Positions 39,821 to 48,914 of a stretch of 64,000 bases of DNA are shown one piece after another (position 1 is the first letter of the stretch; each line of letters starts with the position of its first letter). The stretch is from NCBI GenBank assembly GCA_000505065.1, contig AWSN01000001.1:403647-467646 (forward strand), read 5' to 3'. The notes under the pieces are model-generated. The model worked only from the letters and a program-made list of their open reading frames with translations. It had not been told where the DNA came from and ran no database searches. The DNA comes from Parcubacteria bacterium RAAC4_OD1_1. GTDB lineage: Bacteria > Patescibacteriota > Minisyncoccia > Phycocordibacterales > UBA9973. A program made the translations under genes and the position numbers.

Positions 39821-40315
39821 TTATGGACAAGATACTATATTGACACCAAGAGAATCAACTTCTTTTGATTTACCAGAAGAATCCACACACCATCCATAAT
39901 TAGTTGTTAAGGGACCTTTTAATGGTACAACAACAGCCCAAGCAGATGGATTAGAACCACTACGCACCCTGTCGTGACAAACAGCAACTCTATTAGTCGT
40001 AGAAAAAGCAGTATCATCACCACCTACCGTACCTTGATTATTATCAAACTTTTTATAAGCAGCTAAGACTAAATCACTGATACCATTTAAACTAGAAGCT
40101 GTGGTACAAACACCTTCATAACCATTAGTTAAATCCTTCCCTAATGCATACAATTCAGCTTGAGAACGTGCACTATTTAAGGTTGATTTTATGGCAGCAT
40201 CAGCACCTTTATTTCTTGCATTTGAAAGTGAAGCAAGTATAACCGAGGCCAAAATACCGATAATTGCAATAACAACCAGTAATTCAATTAATGTAAAACC
40301 TTTATTTTTTTGCAT
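39821..40315 (-). CDS. Type IV major pilin paralog 2
   Basis: [30 protein letters not shown]… Co-transcribed with paralog 1 (27-nt gap). Confidence 0.8.
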   Translation of the reverse strand: MQKNKGFTLIELLVVIAIIGILASVILASLSNARNKGADAAIKSTLNSARSQAELYALGKDLTNGYEGVCTTASSLNGISDLVLAAYKKFDNNQGTVGGDDTAFSTTNRVAVCHDRVRSGSNPSAWAVVVPLKGPLTTNYGWCVDSSGKSKEVDSLGVNIVSCP

Positions 40316-40423
40316 AATTAATTTTATTTTAATAATTTTATCTTAATAAAGATACGACTTTTAAATTTTAAGATTATATTTATTATAACATACAAAAAAC
40401 CAAAAAGCACAAGTGGAAAACTT

Positions 40424-40447
40424 AAAACACCCCTTTTGGGGTGTTTT
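40424..40447 (-). terminator. Terminator separating pilin paralog 3 from paralogs 2 and 1
   Basis: aaaacacccc-tttt-ggggtgtttt. Confidence 0.65.
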
Positions 40448-40469
40448 AATATAATAATTTAAATAATTA

Positions 40470-40904
40470 TTATGGAGTTGGAACCTCACAAAGACCTGTT
40501 GTTGCATTAGCAACTTTTGTCCCTGTCTCGGCTGTCCCAATTGAGTCAACACAGAAAAATTGAGTAGCATCACTTACAAGAGGAGCTGAAACTGCCCAAG
40601 CTGTACCTATAGAATTACATGTTGGATTAGCAACACCTTCTAAAAGGTTTAATAAACCATTAGCATCTGTAAAGATAGTTCCTGCTTCCGTACAAGAACC
40701 TGCAGTTGTATTTGCTGTCCCATAACTAGCTGGTGTTTGACTATTGTAATAAAGCTCTGCTTGTGCTCTCATATTTGAAAGCTGTGCTTGAATTTTTGCG
40801 TCAGCACCTTTTTGTCTTGCACTTGAAAGTGAAGCAAGAACAACTGAAGCCAAAACGATAACGACTAACAATTCAATTAATGTAAAACCTTTATTTTTTT
40901 GCAT
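40470..40904 (-). CDS. Type IV major pilin paralog 3, with a 12-nt in-frame deletion in the N-terminal helix
   Basis: [41 protein letters not shown]… About 150 nt are near-identical to paralog 1 except for the loss of caatcatcggta (AIIG). Confidence 0.75.
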   Translation of the reverse strand: MQKNKGFTLIELLVVIVLASVVLASLSSARQKGADAKIQAQLSNMRAQAELYYNSQTPASYGTANTTAGSCTEAGTIFTDANGLLNLLEGVANPTCNSIGTAWAVSAPLVSDATQFFCVDSIGTAETGTKVANATTGLCEVPTP

Positions 40905-41032
40905 AATTAATTTTATTTTAATAATTTTATCTTTTATCTAAAGAGTAAAAGATGCGACCTTAATTTCTAATAAGTTTATTATATCACATAAAGATATAAT
41001 AATATAAAAAGAATAAGAATATTGTGGATATC

Positions 41033-42247
41033 TTATCCTATACCTCCTGCAATATTATATATCGGTACTAATATTGAGGCTAAAAGAATTCCAACACCAA
41101 GCCCAAGAAAAACAATCATAAAAGGCTCGATAAGTCCAACTAAAGTATCTATCGCTTCATTTACTGCTCTGCTATAAAAATGCCCTAGGGTTTTTAATAT
41201 ATTGCCAAGTGATCCAGTTTCCTCCCCTACTCTTATCATACCTGTCATTATCGGTGGAAATTCTTCATATTTAGAAAAAGATTCAGATAGAGAACTACCA
41301 CTTTTCACATCAAGAGCAGTTTTATTTAAAATATCTTTATATATACTATTACCAACAACATCACTAGTAAGCTCTATAGATCTTACTATGGGGATACCTG
41401 CTGAAAGCATTGTGTCTAGATTATCTGAAATCCTAGATAAATATAACTTACCATATATTTCTTTTATTAATGGAATTTTTAATTTAATTCTATCTATGTA
41501 TTTTTCTCCTTTTTTTGTTGAATTTATACGGACTATATATATAATTCCTATAGCTATAAAAATAAGAACAAAGATACCATAGTTAAGCACAAAGTCACTC
41601 GCTCCCATAATGATTCTTGTAAACATTGGAATTTCTTGACCTGACTCTTTTATAATAACTGAAAGCTTTGGAATAATAAAAACAAACATCATCACCATAA
41701 CAAGCACAAAAACTCCAATAACAAAAGCAGGATATATAAGAGCATTTTTAGTCTTGGTAGTAAGCTGATACTGCCTATCCAAATAATCTGCTAGATATGA
41801 AAAAGTTTGAGTAAGCTTACCTGATTCTTCACCAGATTTTACCATATTTACATAAAAATCAGAGAAGACACTGTCATGTTTTGCAAGAGCTTGAGATATC
41901 GTAATACCTGATTTAATATCTTCAGCTACTTCATTTAAAATCTTTACTAGTTCTTTATTTTCAGTGTTTGAAGCCAAAAGATTAAAAGCTTTCAAGGCTG
42001 AAACTTGTGATTCAAAGAGAGTTGAGATTTGTCGAGACATCATAACGATATCTTTCATTGCAACTTTACCTTTATTTAAAAAAGGTATATGTGCAAATAA
42101 TCCAGTCTTAACACCATCTTCGTATACAGACAAAACTATAAAATTTCTTTTTTGGAGAGCAAGGATAGCCAAATCTTTAGAAACCGCATCGATAGCCCCC
42201 TTTTTCTTCTCTCCTAGACTTGTGACAACTTCATAATTATATAACAT
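41033..42247 (-). CDS. pilC: Type IV pilus platform protein PilC (GspF family)
   Basis: Two T2SS_F repeats. 404 aa. Confidence 0.85.
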   Translation of the reverse strand: MLYNYEVVTSLGEKKKGAIDAVSKDLAILALQKRNFIVLSVYEDGVKTGLFAHIPFLNKGKVAMKDIVMMSRQISTLFESQVSALKAFNLLASNTENKELVKILNEVAEDIKSGITISQALAKHDSVFSDFYVNMVKSGEESGKLTQTFSYLADYLDRQYQLTTKTKNALIYPAFVIGVFVLVMVMMFVFIIPKLSVIIKESGQEIPMFTRIIMGASDFVLNYGIFVLIFIAIGIIYIVRINSTKKGEKYIDRIKLKIPLIKEIYGKLYLSRISDNLDTMLSAGIPIVRSIELTSDVVGNSIYKDILNKTALDVKSGSSLSESFSKYEEFPPIMTGMIRVGEETGSLGNILKTLGHFYSRAVNEAIDTLVGLIEPFMIVFLGLGVGILLASILVPIYNIAGGIG

Positions 42248-42254
42248 AAATATT

Positions 42255-43313
42255 TTAGAACATCTGTTCTAATGCTTTAGGATTAATAGAATGCTGATAA
42301 GCACTTTCCATAGTTATTTCACCTCTACCTACTAAATCTATTAAACATCTATTCATATCTACCATACCTTCTCTTGATGAAGTTTCAATGACAGTATCTA
42401 TTTCATGAGTTCTTTTTTCTCTTATTAAGTTTGCAATAGCATTATTGTTTATCAAAAGTTCATAAGCTGGAACTCTTCCCCCGGTAATTCTAGGAATAAG
42501 CCTCTGTGAAAATATTCCTATCAAACTAGATGCTAACTGCATACGTATTTGATCTTGTTGATCTGCTGGAAAAGAATCTATAATACGATCTATGGTCTGA
42601 GAAGCATTGTTCGTATGTAAGGTGGAAAGAACCAAATGTCCAGTCTCAGCAGCTGTCACAGCAGCACCAATGGTAGCACTATCACGCATTTCTCCAATAA
42701 GGATAACATTAACATCTTCACGAAATGTGGATTTTAATGCTCCCAAAAAATCATTAGTATCTACACCAATTTCTCTTTGATCAATTATGGATTTATCTGG
42801 TTTGTAAACAAACTCAATAGGATCTTCGATGGTTATTATATGAGAAGTTGATTCTTTATTTACAAGGTTTATCATCGTGGAAAGAGTTGTGGATTTACCT
42901 TGCCCAACAGGTCCAACAACAAGGAAAAACCCTTGCTTTCTTCTTGCAAAATCCTTAAGTATTATAGGTAAATTTAATTCTTCAAAAGTTTTAGCTTGAG
43001 GTACAAGACGAATAGCAATAGAAGGTAAGCCTCTCTGAAAAAAAGCATTACCACGAAGCTGATGTATACCCTTAAATGTACTAGAAAAATCCATTTCTTT
43101 TTCTTGGATAAATTTATCTACTCTTTCAGGTCCTATAAAAACATTAAGGACTCCAAGCACATCTTCTTTTTTCAGAATATTCTTATTTTCTAAAAATATT
43201 AATTTACCATCAACACGTATAGCAGGCCTACGATCTGATCCAATATGTAAATCAGAAGCATTTTCATTCACCAAACTATTTAACAATTCTTCGGCTAAAT
43301 TTTGATAATCCAT
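42255..43313 (-). CDS. pilT: Twitching-motility retraction ATPase PilT
   Basis: Walker A GPVGQGKST, IITIEDPIEF. 352 aa. Confidence 0.85.
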   Translation of the reverse strand: MDYQNLAEELLNSLVNENASDLHIGSDRRPAIRVDGKLIFLENKNILKKEDVLGVLNVFIGPERVDKFIQEKEMDFSSTFKGIHQLRGNAFFQRGLPSIAIRLVPQAKTFEELNLPIILKDFARRKQGFFLVVGPVGQGKSTTLSTMINLVNKESTSHIITIEDPIEFVYKPDKSIIDQREIGVDTNDFLGALKSTFREDVNVILIGEMRDSATIGAAVTAAETGHLVLSTLHTNNASQTIDRIIDSFPADQQDQIRMQLASSLIGIFSQRLIPRITGGRVPAYELLINNNAIANLIREKRTHEIDTVIETSSREGMVDMNRCLIDLVGRGEITMESAYQHSINPKALEQMF

Positions 43314-43317
43314 AATA

Positions 43318-43716
43318 TTACTTTTTATTTTCTAAACTATTTATAATATCATTAACCTTTGTGATGACTTCAGAAGGAGTGCTTGATGCTTTAACTATAT
43401 AGCCAGCTGCTCCTAAAGATAAAGCTCGGGTCACATCTGACTCTTGACCTCTGTTTGATAAAAAGATAACAATAGACGAAGGAGACAAATTCTCTTCTTT
43501 TATTTTTTCAAGCATTTCAAAACCATCCATAACTGGCATAACTATATCAGTGAGTATCAGATCTGGATTATAGCCAGACCTTAATTTTTCTATTGCAACC
43601 TCTGGACCTAAAGCAGTCGATACACTAAAATTTGATTTACTAAATTTAAGTGCATACATATCAAGCAAAAATATATCATCATCAACTATTAAAATTTTTT
43701 TGACTTGTTCTTCCAT
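43318..43716 (-). CDS. CheY-like response regulator receiver protein embedded in the pilus operon
   Basis: KILIVDDD… DLILTDIVMPVMDGFE. Start placed at MEEQVKK. Confidence 0.7.
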   Translation of the reverse strand: MEEQVKKILIVDDDIFLLDMYALKFSKSNFSVSTALGPEVAIEKLRSGYNPDLILTDIVMPVMDGFEMLEKIKEENLSPSSIVIFLSNRGQESDVTRALSLGAAGYIVKASSTPSEVITKVNDIINSLENKK

Positions 43717-43752
43717 ATTTTTATTATATAACAAAAACAAATAAATAACTAA

Positions 43753-45495
43753 TTAAAAATTATAAACCTCATGGAGAGGAATTTCTCCTTTTATACTTTT
43801 AACTATAGCATCTTCCTTTAAGGTCACCATACCTTTTGCTCTTGCCAATTTATATATTTCACCTTCTGTTGGATTTTTTAAAATAGCATTTTGTATATCT
43901 TTATCAACTTTAAACATTTCAAAAATAGGAGTTCTCCCGCTCAAACCTGTTATAGATTCAGGGGAAGGAACAGCTTCATATATTGAATCTTTCAAACCAA
44001 GTTTATTTTTAAAGTCTTCCCCCAAATCTTCAAATTGTTTACTTATCATAAGTTTAGTTGCTTCATCTATCGGTACTTCATGACGAGAAGATGGGTGAAT
44101 TTTTCTAGCTAATCTTTGAGCTATACAAAGAATAAGAGTTGGTGAAATAAGATATGGGTCTATCCCCATATCTATAAGACGAGGAATAGCCCCTATAGAA
44201 GTATTAGTGTGGAGAGTAGAAAAAACCAAATGCCCAGTAAGAGCAGCTTGTATCGCAAGCTCAGCTGTTTCTTTATCTCTTATTTCTCCCACCATTATTT
44301 TATCTGGATCTTGACGAAGAATAGAACGAAGACCTGATGCAAAAGTATAACCAATTTCAGGCATTACTTGTGATTGATTTATCCCATCCATTTTATACTC
44401 CACTGGATCTTCCAAAGATACAATATTGTCTTTTTCACTATCTAATTCATTGAGCATTGAATAAAGAGTGGTGGTTTTACCAGAACCAGTTGGCCCTGTG
44501 ACAAGAATAAGACCATAGGGTCTACTAAGTGCCTCGCGGACCAAAGCTAAATTATCTTCTGAAAAACCAAGATCATCAAGCTTTTTTACACCTCTATCTG
44601 GATCAAGTATTCTAATTGCAATTTTCTCTCCATAATAAGACGGCATTGTTGAAACACGAAAATCAATTTTCCTTCCATCGATTTTAGCAGAAAATCCTCC
44701 ATCTTGTGGTTTTCTTTTTTCATCAAGTCTTAATTTTGATAAAATCTTTATTCTTGCAATAACTCCATTATAAACATTTATAGGCAAAACAAGTGAAGTA
44801 TAGAGTATCCCATCCACTCGGAAACGAACCTTGACTTTATCCCCTACGTTTTCAATGTGAATATCAGAGGCCCCCCCTTCAGTAGCATTCCTAAGTATAA
44901 CAGCCACAATCTTTATAATAGGAGCATCTTCAACTATTTTCTCTTCTTCTCCTGGTTTTAAGTTATCAGATTCTCTTTTTATATCTTCCACAACTACCCC
45001 ATTGTCCCCATTTTTTGCATCAGCAATCTCACTATCAAGTTCGTTTAAAACTTGATCAACTTCAGAAGAAATATTATCGTACATCAACAATAATTTCTTA
45101 TAAGACGAATTGGTTATAACAAAAAGTTTAAAAGTTTTATTTATTTTAGAAGTTATAAAACTAAGAGCATCAATAGCCTTTATATTTTCAGGGTCAACTA
45201 TTCCAACTTCTAATATATCATTCTCAAGACCAATAGGTACAAATTTGTAATTCTTTGATGCTTCTATTGGTATCATCTTTAGAATTTCCGGAGAAATACT
45301 TTTTATCTCTTTATTTTTTATAGGAACACCAAAAATACGAGATTTTATTTTTAAAAGCTCATTTTCATTTACCTTAAGATCAAGTAATGCATCATCTATG
45401 TTTCCCTTATATTTATCTTCAGCTATTTTAGTTATAACAGATACTTGTTCTTCCTTAAGTATTCCAAGTTTTACTAATTCTTCTAAAATTATCAT
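43753..45495 (-). CDS. pilB: Type IV pilus assembly ATPase PilB (GspE family)
   Basis: N-terminal T2SSE_N domains, Walker A GPTGSGKTT, Asp/His boxes. Confidence 0.9.
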   Translation of the reverse strand: MIILEELVKLGILKEEQVSVITKIAEDKYKGNIDDALLDLKVNENELLKIKSRIFGVPIKNKEIKSISPEILKMIPIEASKNYKFVPIGLENDILEVGIVDPENIKAIDALSFITSKINKTFKLFVITNSSYKKLLLMYDNISSEVDQVLNELDSEIADAKNGDNGVVVEDIKRESDNLKPGEEEKIVEDAPIIKIVAVILRNATEGGASDIHIENVGDKVKVRFRVDGILYTSLVLPINVYNGVIARIKILSKLRLDEKRKPQDGGFSAKIDGRKIDFRVSTMPSYYGEKIAIRILDPDRGVKKLDDLGFSEDNLALVREALSRPYGLILVTGPTGSGKTTTLYSMLNELDSEKDNIVSLEDPVEYKMDGINQSQVMPEIGYTFASGLRSILRQDPDKIMVGEIRDKETAELAIQAALTGHLVFSTLHTNTSIGAIPRLIDMGIDPYLISPTLILCIAQRLARKIHPSSRHEVPIDEATKLMISKQFEDLGEDFKNKLGLKDSIYEAVPSPESITGLSGRTPIFEMFKVDKDIQNAILKNPTEGEIYKLARAKGMVTLKEDAIVKSIKGEIPLHEVYNF

Positions 45496-45497
45496 AA

Positions 45498-45836
45498 TTA
45501 ATTTATACCCACAGGAGCAAAAGGATTTGCTCTCCCCGGCAAAGCAGATTCGATTTTAACCTTATTGTCTTTAAGATTTAAAAACATTGGGTTTTCGAAC
45601 AAAGATTTATCTATGCTTATATTATTTAGAGTTGCAAGAGTAGAAATAAAAGAAATATCTTCAAAATTTAATGAAGACCCTCCAAAATCTTCCTCAATAG
45701 AAGAAAGGAATGAACTACCATAAACTTTCTTAATAGAAAAATCATTTGAGGAATATAAATACATACCTCCAATTAAAGCAAATAAAGATAATGATATTAA
45801 TATTTTATTAGATGTAGTCATATTTATTTTAACCAA
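45498..45836 (-). CDS. Hypothetical signal-anchored protein in the pilus operon (PilP-like by position)
   Basis: Single N-terminal TM. Sits between pilO-like and pilB. Confidence 0.4.
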   Translation of the reverse strand: MVKINMTTSNKILISLSLFALIGGMYLYSSNDFSIKKVYGSSFLSSIEEDFGGSSLNFEDISFISTLATLNNISIDKSLFENPMFLNLKDNKVKIESALPGRANPFAPVGIN

Positions 45837-46393
45837 TAAGTTTTAATTTCTAAATCATAAACAAGTATACTACCTTCTTCTTTTGTACTTAGCATTGTAT
45901 CAAATTTGATAGATTCTACATCAACCAATCTTAAATTCTTTTCTAATTCACTTAAAAATTTATTGAATGATTCATACTCGGCCTCTAATTTAAAACCTAT
46001 TGTGTATTCACCGTATTTGTTATTCAAAGTATTTGTATCTCCTATTATACCACTATTTGACAAAGTAGCTTCTTTATCTGATCCAAAATCTACATCTTTT
46101 ATAACTACCATATTTTCAGAAGCTATTTTTTCTATTTCTAAAACTAATTCTATACTACTTACAGCATCAGGTAATAAATGTTTCAATTTTTCTTTATCTT
46201 CTTCTTTTATATCCCTATATGATAAAAGTAATTCGTCTCTTAAAGTCTCTAAATTATTTAAATTATTTATTGCGTCTTTATATTGCAAAACTTCCATTTT
46301 TAAAGTCCCAACTTCTTTATATGTTGGGTTGGTGAAAACAACAAAAAGAATAATGGACAAAACTATAAATGATAAAGAAAAAAGAAATCTCAT
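45824..46393 (-). CDS. PilO-like pilus assembly protein
   Basis: N-terminal TM plus a coiled coil. By position. Confidence 0.55.
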   Translation of the reverse strand: MRFLFSLSFIVLSIILFVVFTNPTYKEVGTLKMEVLQYKDAINNLNNLETLRDELLLSYRDIKEEDKEKLKHLLPDAVSSIELVLEIEKIASENMVVIKDVDFGSDKEATLSNSGIIGDTNTLNNKYGEYTIGFKLEAEYESFNKFLSELEKNLRLVDVESIKFDTMLSTKEEGSILVYDLEIKTYWLK

Positions 46394-46395
46394 AA

Positions 46396-47007
46396 TTAAT
46401 TTGTATTTAAATTTTCACTAGGTGCTAATAAATTAATCTCATAAGATAATAAACTTGGGTCTACTACAAAATTTAATTTAAAATCAACAGTATTATCTAT
46501 ATTGTTTTTAACTAAATCAAAAAATACAACATTTGAAAAATACCTACCCTTAGGACTATTAAATATTTCAGATTGCTGAGCTATGGTTTTATAATCAGTG
46601 GCAACTCCTGATATTTCTACAAAGAATTGACCATCTAAATTATTGTGATTAAACTCAGTATATTGAACATTTGGTATGGTAATCTCTGCTATCGCACCGA
46701 ACAAAGGAGTTAGAACTTTGTGTTTAGATAACAAATCCTTAGAAGCAGAGACTCTTTTATCAAAAGCCTCTAAATCTCTTATGGTTTGTTCTTCAAATGA
46801 ATTGCGAGATTTATCAAGAGAAAGATAAAGAGCTTCTTTTTGTTTTACAAGATATATTTTATAAAGATACACACCAGCAGATACTATTATAGTAAAAATT
46901 AAAATTAAAATAGAAATAATAGTAAACAAATCAATCTTGTGATTTCTTTTTATAACATCAACAACTGGTTTTTTAGGAATAAAAGATGTTTGAAATGAAT
47001 TGTCCAT
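46396..47007 (-). CDS. PilN-like pilus assembly protein
   Basis: N-terminal TM (HKIDLFTIISILILIFTIIVSAGVYLY). By position. Confidence 0.55.
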   Translation of the reverse strand: MDNSFQTSFIPKKPVVDVIKRNHKIDLFTIISILILIFTIIVSAGVYLYKIYLVKQKEALYLSLDKSRNSFEEQTIRDLEAFDKRVSASKDLLSKHKVLTPLFGAIAEITIPNVQYTEFNHNNLDGQFFVEISGVATDYKTIAQQSEIFNSPKGRYFSNVVFFDLVKNNIDNTVDFKLNFVVDPSLLSYEINLLAPSENLNTN

Positions 47008-47013
47008 ATGATT

Positions 47014-48159
47014 TTATGATAATTGTTTTAATGCAAGACCTATTGCCACAGAGAATTCTGGACCACTTTCTTTAAGAATTTGATCCAAAAACGCAGGGTG
47101 GTCAATTTTTGAAAAAGGATCACCTTTTACAACCTCTTTGTTAAATTTTTCAGAAGAATATTCTGAAAATCCAGAAAGAAGAGATCCAGCTCCAACCAAA
47201 ACAACTTTACCTACTTTTTTATTATACTTCTTTTCAAAATTTAAAACAATACTATTTGCCTCTGTGAGTATATAATCAATAGAAGATTTTATGATTTCAG
47301 AAACCTTAGCATCTTTAGTAAAATCTAACCCAACATTTTTCTTTAAATCTTCAGCTTCTTTAAAAGAAACTCCAATTGATTGAGAGATGTTTCTAGTAAT
47401 CTCTGCCCCACCCCTGTTAACAATATGAAAAATCCTAACAATTCCTGACTCTACTATATAAACCTTTACACTAGATGCACCAAAATCAATAAATAAAACT
47501 GGGGCACTTTCATGCTTGGGTAAAGAAGAACGCATATTACCAAATATTTCCATTTCCATAGCATTAGTATGGATAGAAACTCCAGATAAAAGATCTTTGT
47601 ATTTTATAAGGACATCGTTATGTATAGCAACAATAAATACTTCTTTTTTTAATTCACCAGTATTGTCTGATTCATATAATTCACTTATTTCATCTGGAAT
47701 AATAAACCAATCAAGAGCAACTTCAGAAATAGGAACTGGAACAAATTTGCGAGCCTCCATAGGAACTACTTCTTTTAGTTTTGATTCTTCAATATTATCA
47801 GGTAATTCAATATTAAAAATTAAACTAGAAGAAGATGGAATAGAAATAGCTCCATTTTTAGATGTTACATTTGATTCACTGATGACATCATTTAAAGCTT
47901 TCAATAAATTCTCTGTTGAAAGATTAGTAAGGGAACCCATCTCATCTCCAACATAAGGACCGAGAGATAATACTCCGTATGTCTCAAGTACAGTCTTGCC
48001 TTTATTTTTTTTAATTTGAACAACTTTAATAGAAGAAGAACCAACATCAATACCTAAAGCACTTCCCCCTAAATTTTTATTAGAAGAAAAAGAAAAAATA
48101 GAAGATATATCTTTAATGTCTCCCTTAAGTATTTTGTTAAAGTCAAATTGCATAGCCAT
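47014..48159 (-). CDS. pilM: PilM, actin-like ATPase of the pilus alignment subcomplex
   Basis: LGIDVGSSSIKVVQI actin-fold phosphate-1 motif. 381 aa. Confidence 0.8.
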   Translation of the reverse strand: MAMQFDFNKILKGDIKDISSIFSFSSNKNLGGSALGIDVGSSSIKVVQIKKNKGKTVLETYGVLSLGPYVGDEMGSLTNLSTENLLKALNDVISESNVTSKNGAISIPSSSSLIFNIELPDNIEESKLKEVVPMEARKFVPVPISEVALDWFIIPDEISELYESDNTGELKKEVFIVAIHNDVLIKYKDLLSGVSIHTNAMEMEIFGNMRSSLPKHESAPVLFIDFGASSVKVYIVESGIVRIFHIVNRGGAEITRNISQSIGVSFKEAEDLKKNVGLDFTKDAKVSEIIKSSIDYILTEANSIVLNFEKKYNKKVGKVVLVGAGSLLSGFSEYSSEKFNKEVVKGDPFSKIDHPAFLDQILKESGPEFSVAIGLALKQLS

Positions 48160-48199
48160 AACTCTTTATATTATATCATATATAAGCTAGAATATAAAA

Positions 48200-48865
48200 G
48201 TGAAAGTAAAAGATATTCTAATATTTTTATATAAACAGATTATAAATAGTCTTTTTCCTGAAAAATGTATAAAATGTAGCAAAAAAGATATACTTTTTTG
48301 TGATAAATGTATATCTGAAACAAAAAAAGCACAAAGAGAAACCAGAGAAGGTATAATGTCTGTCTTTGATTATAGAGATCCTTATATTAGGAAAGCCATC
48401 TGGGACCTCAAATATTATAATAAAAAAAATTTGGGTAGTATTTTTGGGGATATTCTCTATGAAACATTTTTAGAAGAAATTAGTGACCTTAGATTATATT
48501 CTTTGGGAGAAAAAATTATTGTTATTCCTGTACCCATATCTAAAAAGAGAAATAAGGGACGAGGATACAACCAAAGTCTTGCAATTGCAAAATCTTTTGT
48601 TCAAAAAGAAAATATATTTGAACTAAAAAATAATTTAATTTTTAAAAACAGAGAAACAATACCTCAAGCAAGATTAAAAAACAAAAAAGACAGGTTGAGC
48701 AACATAAAAGGAGCTTTTGATATAAAAGATAGGAATTTCATAAAAAATAAAACTTTTATAATTATAGATGATGTTACAACAACAGGTGGAACAATAACAG
48801 AAATAATAAAAATTCTAAAAAAGAATAAAGCTAAAAAAGTACTAGGATTAACTATTGCACATTAA
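48200..48865 (+). CDS. comFC: ComF-family phosphoribosyltransferase (competence protein ComFC)
   Basis: N-terminal CxxC…CxxC zinc ribbon. PRTase motif FIIIDDVTTTGGT. Confidence 0.75.
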   Translation: MKVKDILIFLYKQIINSLFPEKCIKCSKKDILFCDKCISETKKAQRETREGIMSVFDYRDPYIRKAIWDLKYYNKKNLGSIFGDILYETFLEEISDLRLYSLGEKIIVIPVPISKKRNKGRGYNQSLAIAKSFVQKENIFELKNNLIFKNRETIPQARLKNKKDRLSNIKGAFDIKDRNFIKNKTFIIIDDVTTTGGTITEIIKILKKNKAKKVLGLTIAH

Positions 48866-48895
48866 AATTCCCCTAAATAAATTTAGGGGAATTTT
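48864..48895. terminator. Bidirectional terminator between comFC (+) and the surface protein gene (-)
   Basis: aaaattcccctaaat-aaa-atttaggggaatttt. Confidence 0.7.
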
Positions 48896-48914
48896 AATGT
48901 ATAAACAAATACAA

